Origin: an uncultured Gammaproteobacteria bacterium
GTDB lineage: Bacteria; Patescibacteriota; Patescibacteriia; UBA1558; 2-01-FULL-52-15
DNA length: 49,086 nt
Assembly (NCBI GenBank): GCA_964441335.1
Contig: CAYTUI010000003.1
Span: 1 to 49,086 of the forward strand
Direction: 5' to 3'
Both the position numbers and the translations under genes were made by a program. This document shows positions 38,123 through 48,127 of this stretch, piece by piece. The notes beneath the pieces are model-generated. The model searched no databases. It saw nothing but the letters and a program-made list of their open reading frames with translations, and had not been told where the DNA came from. Position 1 is the stretch's first letter. The number at the start of each line of letters is the position of its first letter.

Positions 38123-39178
38123 TTATTTGTCTCGAATTATGGTTTCCAAAATCTCGTTCAGTTTTGTAAACAAAATATTATTATCAAATTTCAGCTGGCT
38201 AATCTGTCCTCTGTAGCTATCTAAATCAGACAGCCAGTTGTCTAATAAATTTCTGGTCAAGCGAAAGGTCATCCGTCCCAAACCAAGCTTATCTATCATC
38301 CGCCCATTAAGTATTTGTTCATATTGCATTTTAATTGGAATAGATAAAACCGGTTTACCCAAATAAAGACTTTCACTAATTAAAGTAAAACCACCATTGG
38401 CAATTACAGCCTTAGCGCTAGCCATATCTTCAATAATCTGTCGAGCATCAAAATCCCTAAAAATCAGGTTGTCAGATTTAATCTCCCGATTACCATTATA
38501 AATAATATATTGCTGATTGGAATTTTTGAGGACGTTTAATAATTCCTTATACGTATCTGATGTTTGATAAACCAAAATATGGTTACTTATGGTTGGCGTA
38601 ACAGCTTTAACTTCCTCTCTGATCAAAGGCGGCATCAGCCAACTGGATTTTCCATGATTTTTTTTAAGTGGTGGATAAAAAAAGGTGGTGATCAAGGAAT
38701 AATCACGGCTGGGCAAAAGAGAATCAATGAACAATCTGGTGACTAAGTAATAGGTATAATCTGATCGTTCAACTTTCAGACGAACGTCACTAATTATATG
38801 ATTATTATCAATACTAATGAGCGGAATATTGTAGAAGGCTGAAATTAGTGAGGCGACCGGTTCAAAATCGCTGATAACTACTTGTGGTTCAAAATTTTTC
38901 AACATTTTCCTAATAGTCAGAATATTTCTGGGCAATGACTTAACTTGAGTCATATATTTTATGATCGTCTTGCCTCGTTTTACTCGATTATCCTGATAGA
39001 TTAGTTTGAGACCAGAAATCCTGCCGATGGGCTGGTATTTTTTTGATAAAACATCAAAAGCCTTGCCACTAGCCAAAATAGTAACTTGATGATTACTTTT
39101 TAATAAATGGTCAATGACGATAGAGCTGCGAAAGGCATGCCCCAAACCGTCACCGCAAACTGTATATACAATTCTCAT
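38123..39178 (-). CDS. MJ1255/VC2487-family glycosyltransferase (GT-B)
   Basis: GDGLGHAFRS, ISDFEP, NGGFTLISESLYLGKP, QYEQILNG. Confidence 0.9.
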   Translation of the reverse strand: MRIVYTVCGDGLGHAFRSSIVIDHLLKSNHQVTILASGKAFDVLSKKYQPIGRISGLKLIYQDNRVKRGKTIIKYMTQVKSLPRNILTIRKMLKNFEPQVVISDFEPVASLISAFYNIPLISIDNNHIISDVRLKVERSDYTYYLVTRLFIDSLLPSRDYSLITTFFYPPLKKNHGKSSWLMPPLIREEVKAVTPTISNHILVYQTSDTYKELLNVLKNSNQQYIIYNGNREIKSDNLIFRDFDARQIIEDMASAKAVIANGGFTLISESLYLGKPVLSIPIKMQYEQILNGRMIDKLGLGRMTFRLTRNLLDNWLSDLDSYRGQISQLKFDNNILFTKLNEILETIIRDK

Positions 39179-39289
39179 TTGAGCGAGCTAATTATAGCAA
39201 TCAAAGTCTTAATAATAAAGGCCTCTGTCTAGCAGACATTTAATTTACAGCCATGGTCATTTCTGTTATAATTATAGAAGTTTTTCAAT

Positions 39290-40156
39290 ATGTCCAGCAT
39301 CAAAAAAGCAGTTATGCCGGTCGCCGGTTTTGGCACAAGATTTCTGCCGGCTACCAAAGCTCAACCAAAGGAAATGCTCCCCTTGGTTGATAAGCCAATT
39401 ATCCAATATTTAGTGGAAGAGGCTGTGGCTTCGGGTATTGAGGATATTATTTTTGTTACTAGCCAAACTAAAAGAGCTATTGAAGATCATTTTGACAGAA
39501 ATTTTGAATTGGAATACCGACTGCAACAAGGTAATAAGAAAAAACAGCTGGCTGAATTAAATAAAATTTTTAAAATGGCCCAGTTCATCTATGTCAGACA
39601 ACCAACTCCTAAAGGTTGGGGGGATGCTGTTTTGCAGGCTGAACACATAATCGGTCAGCAACCCTTTGCGGTTTTATTAGGAGACGGCATTATAGACAGC
39701 CAGGAACCCGCATTAAAACAAATGATGCCCGTTTATAACAAATATAAAGGTTCTGTTATAGGTGTCATTAAAGTCGCTCCGGAACAAGTAATTAATTATG
39801 GGGTTATCAAAGCCAAAAAAGTTAGCCCTAATACCTACCAAGTATTTGATATTGTTGAGAAACCCCACCCTGAAGTAGCCCCATCTCATTTGGCAGCCAC
39901 CGGCCGTTATTTTTTTACGCCAGAAATATTTACAGCCCTAAAAAAACTCAAGCCCCTAGACGGTCAGGAGATTACAGCCTATGATGCTCTAAAACCGGTT
40001 ATGCAAAAAGGGCAGGTTTATGCCTACGCCTGTAATGGTAAATTCTTTGACTGCGGTAACAAATTAGAGTACCTAAAGGCTACGGTCCATTTTGGTTTAA
40101 AACATAAGGATCTACAAAAAGATTTTAAAAAATATCTAAAAGACAGAAAATTTTAA
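39290..40156 (+). CDS. galU: UTP--glucose-1-phosphate uridylyltransferase
   Basis: AGFGTRFLPATKAQPKEMLP, IVEKP, FDCG. Confidence 0.96.
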   Translation: MSSIKKAVMPVAGFGTRFLPATKAQPKEMLPLVDKPIIQYLVEEAVASGIEDIIFVTSQTKRAIEDHFDRNFELEYRLQQGNKKKQLAELNKIFKMAQFIYVRQPTPKGWGDAVLQAEHIIGQQPFAVLLGDGIIDSQEPALKQMMPVYNKYKGSVIGVIKVAPEQVINYGVIKAKKVSPNTYQVFDIVEKPHPEVAPSHLAATGRYFFTPEIFTALKKLKPLDGQEITAYDALKPVMQKGQVYAYACNGKFFDCGNKLEYLKATVHFGLKHKDLQKDFKKYLKDRKF

Positions 40157-40159
40157 AAC

Positions 40160-41521
40160 ATGTTTAAAAACAAATATTTCATCATCGGTCTAATTCTGTT
40201 TATTCTAATAGCGATCGTCGGCACTGGCTATGTGGCTTTTCGTCAAAAAGCAATAATCGCCAGTATTCAACCAATAACCTTGGAATACTGGGGCGTTTGG
40301 GAAAGACCCGAAGATATTAATTTACTGACCACCTCTTATACTCAAAGACATCCTTTAATAACGGTTAATTACCGAATTTTCCGCGCGGAAGAATACAAAC
40401 AGAAACTCTTGGAGGCTTGGGCGGTTGACCAGGGGCCGGATGTTTTTATGATACCTAATACCTGGATCAGGGAATATCAAAAACATCTTTCACCAATGCC
40501 TGCTAACATGGCTGTCCCTGCTCAAGTTATTCAAGGAACACTGAAAAAAGAGCTGGTTGATGTTATCCAAAATTATTCCGGCTACAATCCAAAATTTATT
40601 AAAGACAATTTTTTGGATGTAGTTTACCAGGATGTTATTGCTGATAATCAAATCTATGGCCTGCCTCTAAGTGTTGACACCATGGTGCTGTTTTACAACC
40701 GCGCTCTACTGCATAACAGCGGCATTGCCCAACCGGCCAAGACCTGGAGCGATGTAGTTGATCAAACACCCAAGATTACCAGAGTCAATGGCCAGGGTGA
40801 AATCGTTCAGTCGGCCATTGCTTTAGGAACTACTGACAACATTCCCAACTCCTTTGATATAGTTTCCTTGCTAATGATGCAATTAGGCGTAGATATGGAA
40901 ACGGACGGACGAGTTACTTTTACGGGCAACCCCCGGACTAATGAAGTAATCCAATTTTTCTTAAGCTTTAGCCAGCCCAATACTACTGTTTATTCCTGGA
41001 ACAAGGATATGGCTAATGCACTAGATATGTTTACCTCTGGTCGTTTAGCATATTTTCTTGGTTACAACTACCACGCACCTATTATTAAACAAACCAACCC
41101 GAAATTAGACTGGGATGTTACTCCGGTTTTACAACCAGCCGGTGCCGGACAATCTCTAACGTATGCCAATTACTGGGTTAATGTCGTGCCTAAGAAAAGT
41201 CGTCATCCTGAAGTAGCCTGGCAATTTATTCAGGAAATCACCAAGACCGACAACGTCAAACCATATCTGGCTCAAGCCGGCAAGACTACCGCTCTATTGG
41301 GTTTAATTGATGAACAAAAAAATGATTTGACTATCGGACCGTTTGCCCAATTGCTACTGCAAGCCAGAAGTTGGTATCATGGTTACAACTTTTCCTCTGC
41401 TCAAAAATTTTTCTTGGGCATGGTTACTGATTTAGCTGTTGCCGATGCTGTACCGGTTGCCATTATTTCCACTGCCGGTGAGCAAATAACCCAGACTTAC
41501 ATTAAACCACTTGAACAATGA
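40160..41521 (+). CDS. Extracellular solute-binding protein (family 1), membrane anchored
   Basis: LEYWGVW, GPDVF, IYGLPLSVDTMVLFYNR, AWQFI. Confidence 0.85.
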   Translation: MFKNKYFIIGLILFILIAIVGTGYVAFRQKAIIASIQPITLEYWGVWERPEDINLLTTSYTQRHPLITVNYRIFRAEEYKQKLLEAWAVDQGPDVFMIPNTWIREYQKHLSPMPANMAVPAQVIQGTLKKELVDVIQNYSGYNPKFIKDNFLDVVYQDVIADNQIYGLPLSVDTMVLFYNRALLHNSGIAQPAKTWSDVVDQTPKITRVNGQGEIVQSAIALGTTDNIPNSFDIVSLLMMQLGVDMETDGRVTFTGNPRTNEVIQFFLSFSQPNTTVYSWNKDMANALDMFTSGRLAYFLGYNYHAPIIKQTNPKLDWDVTPVLQPAGAGQSLTYANYWVNVVPKKSRHPEVAWQFIQEITKTDNVKPYLAQAGKTTALLGLIDEQKNDLTIGPFAQLLLQARSWYHGYNFSSAQKFFLGMVTDLAVADAVPVAIISTAGEQITQTYIKPLEQ

Positions 41522-42294
41522 AAAAATTAATCATCATTGCTTTTTTAATTTTCCTGCCAGTCGTTGGTTATGCGCAAGGCTTTAATTTCATCGGTAAAGT
41601 ACCTTGCACCGGCGTTACCTACCGTTGCGTGGGTGAGGATGGTAATCTTGATATAAACAAAAGTTGCCAGACTAGTGCTGATTGCGAAGGACGTCAGTGC
41701 AGAATTTATCAAGCCGGTAACTGCACATTACAGCAAATGTTTGACGCTATTAACATAATTATCCAATGGGGCACTGGTGTGAGCGGAGCGATTGCCTTAT
41801 TAATGTATGTTATCGGCGGTGTATTTATGCTGACCAGTGGTGGCAGTCAGGAAAAAGTCACCCGGGGTAAAAATATTCTGGTCGGTACAACTATTGCTTT
41901 ATTTTTTATCTTAGGCAGTTGGATTATTGTCAAATTCATTTTAACTAGTTTTGGAGCGACTGAACCATATCAACTACAATCAGAGTGTACTGGCGCTAAG
42001 CCAAGCACGCCCTGCGGTAACGGTATAGGCGTTTGTTATCAGGGCCAGTGTCTAGACAGTTGTAGTATGAGAGACATCCAAGACCCTGATAACAATTGGA
42101 GCTGTAGCACTCTAGAAAGCTGTGGCCTAGAAAAATATGGTTGTCTTGGTGATTTCTGTGATGAGGGAATTTCCAATGGTGAGAGCAAGTCAGGCTGTGG
42201 TCCCGGTCTATATTGTTGCTTCCCTGTACTTTTGACCGAACCAGATCCGACAATTCGGGAATTGCCTGACCGTTTGATAGACCCAGCAATATAA
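41518..42294 (+). CDS. VirB2/TrbC-like pilin with Cys-rich extensions
   Basis: Core GG..MLTSGGS.EKV..GK..L between two TMs; 18 Cys in the flanking regions. Confidence 0.8.
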   Translation: MKKLIIIAFLIFLPVVGYAQGFNFIGKVPCTGVTYRCVGEDGNLDINKSCQTSADCEGRQCRIYQAGNCTLQQMFDAINIIIQWGTGVSGAIALLMYVIGGVFMLTSGGSQEKVTRGKNILVGTTIALFFILGSWIIVKFILTSFGATEPYQLQSECTGAKPSTPCGNGIGVCYQGQCLDSCSMRDIQDPDNNWSCSTLESCGLEKYGCLGDFCDEGISNGESKSGCGPGLYCCFPVLLTEPDPTIRELPDRLIDPAI

Positions 42295-42311
42295 CATATT
42301 AACTAAACATT

Positions 42312-42656
42312 ATGAAAAAAATTCGACAGTTATCTCTCTGCCTGGGCACAACCCTAACATTAATATTAGGCCGACAAGCTCAAGCGGCCGTTAAGGTCAC
42401 CAATCCTTTGGGTAATATTTCCGATGTGCCTTCTTTGGCTGCCAATATTATCTCTGCCATCTTAGGCATTGTTGGGGCTTTGGCGTTATTAATGTTTGTC
42501 TGGGGCGGTGTTACTTGGATGATTTCCGGCGGTAACAGCGAAAAAGTTAAAAAAGGTAAGGATACTTTAATTTGGGCAACAATCGGTTTATTAGTTATCT
42601 TTGCAAGCTACTCCATTCTTAAAACAATTTTTGGCGCCTTTACGCAAAGTTCATAG
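42312..42656 (+). CDS. VirB2/TrbC-like pilin
   Basis: Signal peptide AQAA, GGVTWMISGGNSEKVKKGK. Confidence 0.85.
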   Translation: MKKIRQLSLCLGTTLTLILGRQAQAAVKVTNPLGNISDVPSLAANIISAILGIVGALALLMFVWGGVTWMISGGNSEKVKKGKDTLIWATIGLLVIFASYSILKTIFGAFTQSS

Positions 42657-42743
42657 CCAAAAACCACTTTTCTTGCTATAATATATATCAAGTTCTTTTA
42701 AGGGTTAATAACTTTAAAAACTAAAAAGAAAGGGGGTGACTAA

Positions 42744-43103
42744 ATGAAGAAATTCGCAAACCTAATTTACACCTTACCTATTTATATTATTGCCGCTATG
42801 GCAGCTCCAAAAGCTCAAGCCGTTGCTTCTATTGATTTCCCCAGCACTTTTGCCGGCTTAAGCTCACAGGATCTGAAAGTTACCATCGGTAATATAGTTC
42901 AAATCGTTTTAGGTTTCTTAGGCATCTTAACAGTTTTGATCATTCTGCTCGGCGGTTTTCAATGGATGACTTCCGGCGGTAATGAAGACAAGATTGGTCA
43001 GGCTAAGAAAATGATTTCGTCTGGCGTTGTCGGTTTAGTAATCGTTTTAGCCGCTTACGCTATTGCCGGATTCGTTGTTAACAACTTAGCTAAGGCTGTC
43101 TAA
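42744..43103 (+). CDS. VirB2/TrbC-like pilin (own promoter and strong SD; candidate major subunit)
   Basis: GGFQWMTSGGNEDKIGQAKK; TGcTATAAT and AGGGGGTG upstream. Confidence 0.87.
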   Translation: MKKFANLIYTLPIYIIAAMAAPKAQAVASIDFPSTFAGLSSQDLKVTIGNIVQIVLGFLGILTVLIILLGGFQWMTSGGNEDKIGQAKKMISSGVVGLVIVLAAYAIAGFVVNNLAKAV

Positions 43104-43198
43104 CCTTGTCTGGTGTATAGTCTAGACTATAGCCCAGCGCGAGTTCAGGAAATATTATCAAGCCTGAAACGAGCCGGGCTTAGGTGTAGATTCTACTA

Positions 43199-43624
43199 AT
43201 GATTATGCAAGGACTAACAAAACTAACCAAACGAGCATTCTTTATAATGCTTGTTTTGATAATAGTACCGTTACAAACTTTGGCCGAAGATCGTTTTGGT
43301 TTAGATAAAGCCGCGCAAGGTACCAGCCTTAACAGACAACCGATTGAGGTAGTCGCCGCCAACATTGTTCAAGTTGTTTTGGGTTTCGTTGGTATTCTCT
43401 TTATGGTCTTAATAATCTATGGCGGTTTTCAGTGGATGACAGCTTCCAGTAGTGGAGAAAAAGACGCTATCAATAATGCCAAAAAAACTTTAACAACAGC
43501 TGTTGTCGGTTTAATTATAATTATCGCCGCTTATAGTATCACTTACTATATTACTTCTTATATTCTTAATGCCAGTTCGGAGTCAGCGCCCGTGACAGGT
43601 CCTGGCCCAACCAGCACACGATAA
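43199..43624 (+). CDS. VirB2/TrbC-like pilin
   Basis: GGFQWMTA...AKKTL..AVVGL. Confidence 0.85.
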   Translation: MIMQGLTKLTKRAFFIMLVLIIVPLQTLAEDRFGLDKAAQGTSLNRQPIEVVAANIVQVVLGFVGILFMVLIIYGGFQWMTASSSGEKDAINNAKKTLTTAVVGLIIIIAAYSITYYITSYILNASSESAPVTGPGPTSTR

Positions 43625-44022
43625 TGAAAAATAAATTTATCTATCTTTATTTGCTGTTACTGGGTTTACCTTTAGCGGCTCAAGCTCAAAATTCTACCCT
43701 TAATAAACTGAAGGTATTTGGCGGCGTTTATGGTTTCGGTCAGAATGAAAAACCAACAGACCCCAAAGCTTTGATTGCCAACATAGTAGCTATTATTTTA
43801 GGATTTATAGGATATGTTTTTGTCATCTTAATAATTGTCGCCGGTGTGCAATGGATGCTGTCCGGAGGTAATGAAGAAAAAATAACCAAAGCCAAAGCTT
43901 TGTTAAAAAATTCAGTCGTCGGTCTGGTTCTTATCCTTATTTCCTATGCCATCGCCAGTTCAGTCACTTGGTGGCTAATCGGTGCGGTCGGCACCACCGG
44001 TGGTCCAACCAGCTCACCTTAA
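43624..44022 (+). CDS. VirB2/TrbC-like pilin
   Basis: GVQWMLSGGNEEKITKAK. Confidence 0.85.
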   Translation: MKNKFIYLYLLLLGLPLAAQAQNSTLNKLKVFGGVYGFGQNEKPTDPKALIANIVAIILGFIGYVFVILIIVAGVQWMLSGGNEEKITKAKALLKNSVVGLVLILISYAIASSVTWWLIGAVGTTGGPTSSP

Positions 44023-44047
44023 AAAGATCATTTACTTTCATAATTTC

Positions 44048-44085
44048 AAAGTCCCTCGCCTGCTGACGCAAACGAGGGACTTTTT
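44048..44085. terminator. Bidirectional terminator
   Basis: aaagtccctcg...cgagggacttttt between convergent genes. Confidence 0.8.
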
Positions 44086-44105
44086 AATTGCCGGTCGGCA
44101 GTCAT

Positions 44106-44564
44106 CTAGTGGCGAACCGGTCGACACTCAAACTCTACATGGACGTCCCAGTCGTACTTCTGACTCAAGTACGAGTCATGCTTTCGACCATTGACGACCA
44201 AAGGGTAGGAGTAGCAGGTCCAGGGGGAGTTGATGATCAGCCAATAGACCTCTCTGCCCTGATAGCGCGGGTCGTTGGGCTTCAAACGGATCGGCCTCTC
44301 GGTTTGGGAGTAGGCTGGCAACTCAATGTAGCTAACCTCGGTATCCCAAGTACCATCAGGCCTCTGAATCTCAAATTTGAAACCTCGAGGCTCAACCCAA
44401 AAGTCATAGCCGCAGGTGTTCCAGAAGACCCCATACTGATAGCCGGGATCTTCGTCAATGTAGGCAATCGGCTCTTCCGGAGTTCCGGCGACATAGTACA
44501 CGTGACCGCAACCACAGAGTAGCGGCAATGCGGCCCCCAGCAGACAGAACAGTAGCCTTTTCAT
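44106..44564 (-). CDS. Hypothetical lipoprotein
   Basis: MKRLL...LLCGC lipobox; CAGGAGGT SD; TTGACA upstream. Confidence 0.75.
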   Translation of the reverse strand: MKRLLFCLLGAALPLLCGCGHVYYVAGTPEEPIAYIDEDPGYQYGVFWNTCGYDFWVEPRGFKFEIQRPDGTWDTEVSYIELPAYSQTERPIRLKPNDPRYQGREVYWLIINSPWTCYSYPLVVNGRKHDSYLSQKYDWDVHVEFECRPVRH

Positions 44565-44685
44565 TACCGCAACCTCCTGTTGAGAGATGTAGAGAGAAAG
44601 GAACTAATAGAACTTTAGATTATTACAGAATATACTAACTTTGTCAAGGTAGCAACTTTTTGGTTAGTAGTTTACAATTTAGTCA

Positions 44686-46521
44686 ATGCTAAAAAAAATC
44701 TCCTGGAAAAAAATTAGTTCCAACCACTGGCTGATGCTAGCTATTTTTTTATATGTCATACTTTTTTCATTTTTAAGTCTCTGGAAGCTACATAATTATC
44801 TTTATGACAACTTGGACCTAGCAATATTTAACACTACACTTTTTAATTTAGTCTCTGGCAACGGATTTTTTAATGCCATTCATCCACCCTCTTATCTTGG
44901 TGATCACTTCTCGCCCATTCTTTATGCCTTAACACCAATATACTATTTTTTTCGCCTACCACAAACCTTGCTGATAATTCAGACGATTTTTTTGGGAGCT
45001 GCGGCCTGGCCCTTGTATAAACTGGCCACGAAAATACTTAGTCCGAATCAGTCTCTAATCATAGCTATACTTTGGTTATTAAATCCCGTACTTCATAATC
45101 TGAATCTTTTTGAATTTCACGATCTAACCATGGCCATTTTTTTCTTACTCTGGGCCTTTTATTTTTATTACGAAAAAAAATTCCCTTTGTTTATAATTTT
45201 TTGTGTTCTAAGTTTACTAGTCAGAGAAGATGTGTCGCTGATTATAATCTGCTTCTCCATTATTGCCTGGCTGGATAAAAAAGATTGGCGCTGGAAAATA
45301 ATACCAATTATCTTGGGTGGTGGCTGGTTTATTGTGGCGCAAAAAATTATCGCTCTTAATGCTTTGAGCGGTTGTTATAAATTCTCTAACTATTATAGTT
45401 GGCTAGGCCAAGCGTCTTTCCCGCAAGTTTTATCACACTTACTATCCTTTGGAAACCTATCTCTATTTTTAACGTTATTTTTTCCGTTGTTATTCATACC
45501 ACTAGGGCGGCCAAAATATTTATTGCTGATGTTGGCGCCTCTAGCTTCTTATCTCTTAACAACTCAAGGTGGTAGCTTATTATTAATTCAGACACATTAC
45601 GGGGGGTTTTTAATTTGGCCGATTTATATTGCCTTAATTTTCAGCCTGCGAAAGAATGGTCAAAACAATCGCTCATTTATACTTAAATACCAAAATCATT
45701 TGCTGTTTATATTATTACTGGCCAGTGTTTATGGCGCTTTAACTTACGGCTCAATCCTACCAATTCTATCTAGTAAATCACCAGATCTAACCAGTTTAAA
45801 TAAACTGACCAACAAAATCCCTGCCACTGCTGGTTTGGCAACAACCTATAGCCCTTTGAGCAACCTTTCCAGCCGGCCACTGATACAACTACTGCCATAT
45901 GCTTATGCCAGTAAAGGACAATTTATGCTGACAGATTATGCGCTATCTGATGGAATTCAATACTTATTAATTGACTGGCAGGAGATGTTTGTAGCTAAAG
46001 TGCATCTACTAAATCGTTATGGTAACACTCTTCAAAGCAAAAATATGTCCAGCAATTTGCTCAATATTCTAAATAAATTCACCGTAACAGACGAAGCGCC
46101 GGGCTTTAGTCTTTATCAGCGCAGTCAGAACAGTGATTTGCCAGCAACTATTAAGGCCAGTTCTGTTAATTTTGATGAGGTAAAAATTATTGATTTGAGC
46201 AGTCAATCTGCTGGTGATCAGGAGAAGCTGACGGTCACCTTTGGCCTGTCGCCGGATATTCAATCTCAATATTTTCTGGAAATTAAAAAGGGCACTTTTG
46301 AAAAAAAGTACTCTCTGGGCTACGATTTATTTAATTTACAATCTACTGATTCACAAATTTTAACAATGGATATAGTGCTACCGCTTAATGACCTGCCGAC
46401 AGTTCTAAACTTATACTCCTGGCAACAGGGCTATGTTTATTTAGATAGTCAAAAATCATTGGATCTAAAATTACCTGATGCCAAATTAATTGACTCGCAG
46501 ACTAAAGCACCTGGTAAATAA
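44686..46521 (+). CDS. DUF2079-family GT-C-like membrane protein
   Basis: DLAIF, GDHFSP, FEFH, REDVSL motifs; multi-TM. Confidence 0.85.
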   Translation: MLKKISWKKISSNHWLMLAIFLYVILFSFLSLWKLHNYLYDNLDLAIFNTTLFNLVSGNGFFNAIHPPSYLGDHFSPILYALTPIYYFFRLPQTLLIIQTIFLGAAAWPLYKLATKILSPNQSLIIAILWLLNPVLHNLNLFEFHDLTMAIFFLLWAFYFYYEKKFPLFIIFCVLSLLVREDVSLIIICFSIIAWLDKKDWRWKIIPIILGGGWFIVAQKIIALNALSGCYKFSNYYSWLGQASFPQVLSHLLSFGNLSLFLTLFFPLLFIPLGRPKYLLLMLAPLASYLLTTQGGSLLLIQTHYGGFLIWPIYIALIFSLRKNGQNNRSFILKYQNHLLFILLLASVYGALTYGSILPILSSKSPDLTSLNKLTNKIPATAGLATTYSPLSNLSSRPLIQLLPYAYASKGQFMLTDYALSDGIQYLLIDWQEMFVAKVHLLNRYGNTLQSKNMSSNLLNILNKFTVTDEAPGFSLYQRSQNSDLPATIKASSVNFDEVKIIDLSSQSAGDQEKLTVTFGLSPDIQSQYFLEIKKGTFEKKYSLGYDLFNLQSTDSQILTMDIVLPLNDLPTVLNLYSWQQGYVYLDSQKSLDLKLPDAKLIDSQTKAPGK

Positions 46522-48127
46522 GTAGGCCATCAACCGAAAACTTTTGGTCAAGCCAAACTTGGGAATTTAACCAACCATAGTCCTGGTTATTATTTGTTCT
46601 GATAAGCAACCAGTCAATGCTTTGGCTTTTTAACCAATCATATTTATTATCACCGGCGGACGAAACCCAAAATTGATCAACTTTCTGCTGTTTCAATAAA
46701 TAATCTACAGTTTGATGCCGGTGTCCGATAAAAACACGACGACCGGTATAGGCCGGAACCATAAGGGACAGAATTTCATTGCCACTACCACTAATATCAT
46801 TAGTCAAAACAATATCTTGGGGACTGGAGTTTTGTTTCAGATTCCCAAAGGCCGTCTTCCAGTCATTTTTGATATAAAACTTATCATCGTTTTTGATGTC
46901 CTTAAGCGTCTCCAGCTGACTACTTAAACTAATAAAGTTATTTAAAAACAACAGTAAGAAAATCACCGCCAAAACCGTTATTCTCCAGCCAAAATTGCTG
47001 ATTTGTTTTAATAAATATTTCGGACCCAAAACGGCAATCAATGCCAAAGCTATAAACCAGGCGTTGGCAAAACGTCTGTTATAGCTCACCGGCAGATAAG
47101 TAAGCAACCAAATCATCCATGACCAAATTAGTATCAGAAGCCACCAAACATTATTTTTATAATTCTTTAAAACTTGCCACGATCCTAATAACCAAAGCGG
47201 TAAAATGAAACCAAACCCCCAAAGATAATTTTTCAGAGTCGGCGAATAAACCAAATTTTGCGCTAACCAACCGGAGGCGGCTGGTTCAAATCGTAGAGTC
47301 AACCATAAATACACTGCGGCCGCCAGCAGAAATATGCCCAAACATAAAAATTTTAATATTGGTAGCCATTGTCTATTTGACCAAAACCGCCAGGCCGTCC
47401 AACCGCCCAAGACAAAAGCTATAATCCAAATATCGTAAGGGTGAATTAAAATTAATAAAAAAGACAACAGACCAACAATTAGCTCTCTGGGCCAGCTAAA
47501 ACTATGACGCCAACGGACAAATAAATAAAAAATTAAAATTAGCAGTAAATGACTTAGTAGAAAAAGTGGTGCTTGGGCAAAATTGCTGAACGGAAAAGCC
47601 TCTGTCACATATAAATCAACGGGCATCTGGTAATAGGCCAAATTACCATTAACGAGTATGCCGGGATTAAACAGAGCCAAAATCCAGCCCCAACCGCCGG
47701 CAAATAAAACAACCGCCACTCCCAATATTCTCTCCAACGGATCTTTAAAAAGCTGTTTCAATAGCTGATAGAGAACCAACAAAAAAGCGATCGTTAACAA
47801 TACCCGATATAGGTGGTAAGAGGCGATATTGCCAATACCTAATAGCTTCCCGGTCTGTCCAATTAGCCACCAGTGGGGCGAAAAAAATAGACCCAGTTGC
47901 GGTTCTGAAGTATGTAGATTCTTCATCATGTAAATGCCCTCTGCTCCTTGTTCAACCATGGAATAATAGATCAACTTATCAGCTGCGGCAAAAAGATTAA
48001 CGCCGGTAAAAGTCCAGCCGTCTGGTGTTTGAAAATAAGCCGCCAAATAATATAAATTGACGGCTATGACAAAAAAGATGCCCAAAAAAACATACAGAAT
48101 TATACCTTGTTTATTCTTACTGACCAT
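46502..48127 (-). CDS. Multi-pass membrane protein, probable GT-C glycosyltransferase
   Basis: D..IYYS loop after TM1, HPYD, many TMs, C-terminal soluble domain (PAYTGRRVFIGH). Confidence 0.7.
   Translation of the reverse strand: MVSKNKQGIILYVFLGIFFVIAVNLYYLAAYFQTPDGWTFTGVNLFAAADKLIYYSMVEQGAEGIYMMKNLHTSEPQLGLFFSPHWWLIGQTGKLLGIGNIASYHLYRVLLTIAFLLVLYQLLKQLFKDPLERILGVAVVLFAGGWGWILALFNPGILVNGNLAYYQMPVDLYVTEAFPFSNFAQAPLFLLSHLLLILIFYLFVRWRHSFSWPRELIVGLLSFLLILIHPYDIWIIAFVLGGWTAWRFWSNRQWLPILKFLCLGIFLLAAAVYLWLTLRFEPAASGWLAQNLVYSPTLKNYLWGFGFILPLWLLGSWQVLKNYKNNVWWLLILIWSWMIWLLTYLPVSYNRRFANAWFIALALIAVLGPKYLLKQISNFGWRITVLAVIFLLLFLNNFISLSSQLETLKDIKNDDKFYIKNDWKTAFGNLKQNSSPQDIVLTNDISGSGNEILSLMVPAYTGRRVFIGHRHQTVDYLLKQQKVDQFWVSSAGDNKYDWLKSQSIDWLLIRTNNNQDYGWLNSQVWLDQKFSVDGLLIYQVL

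Noticed and set aside
37853-38224. 123-aa plus-strand ORF
   Set aside because: Overlaps two better-supported minus-strand genes
44088-44522. 144-aa plus-strand ORF
   Set aside because: Antisense shadow of the lipoprotein, which has the SD, promoter and lipobox
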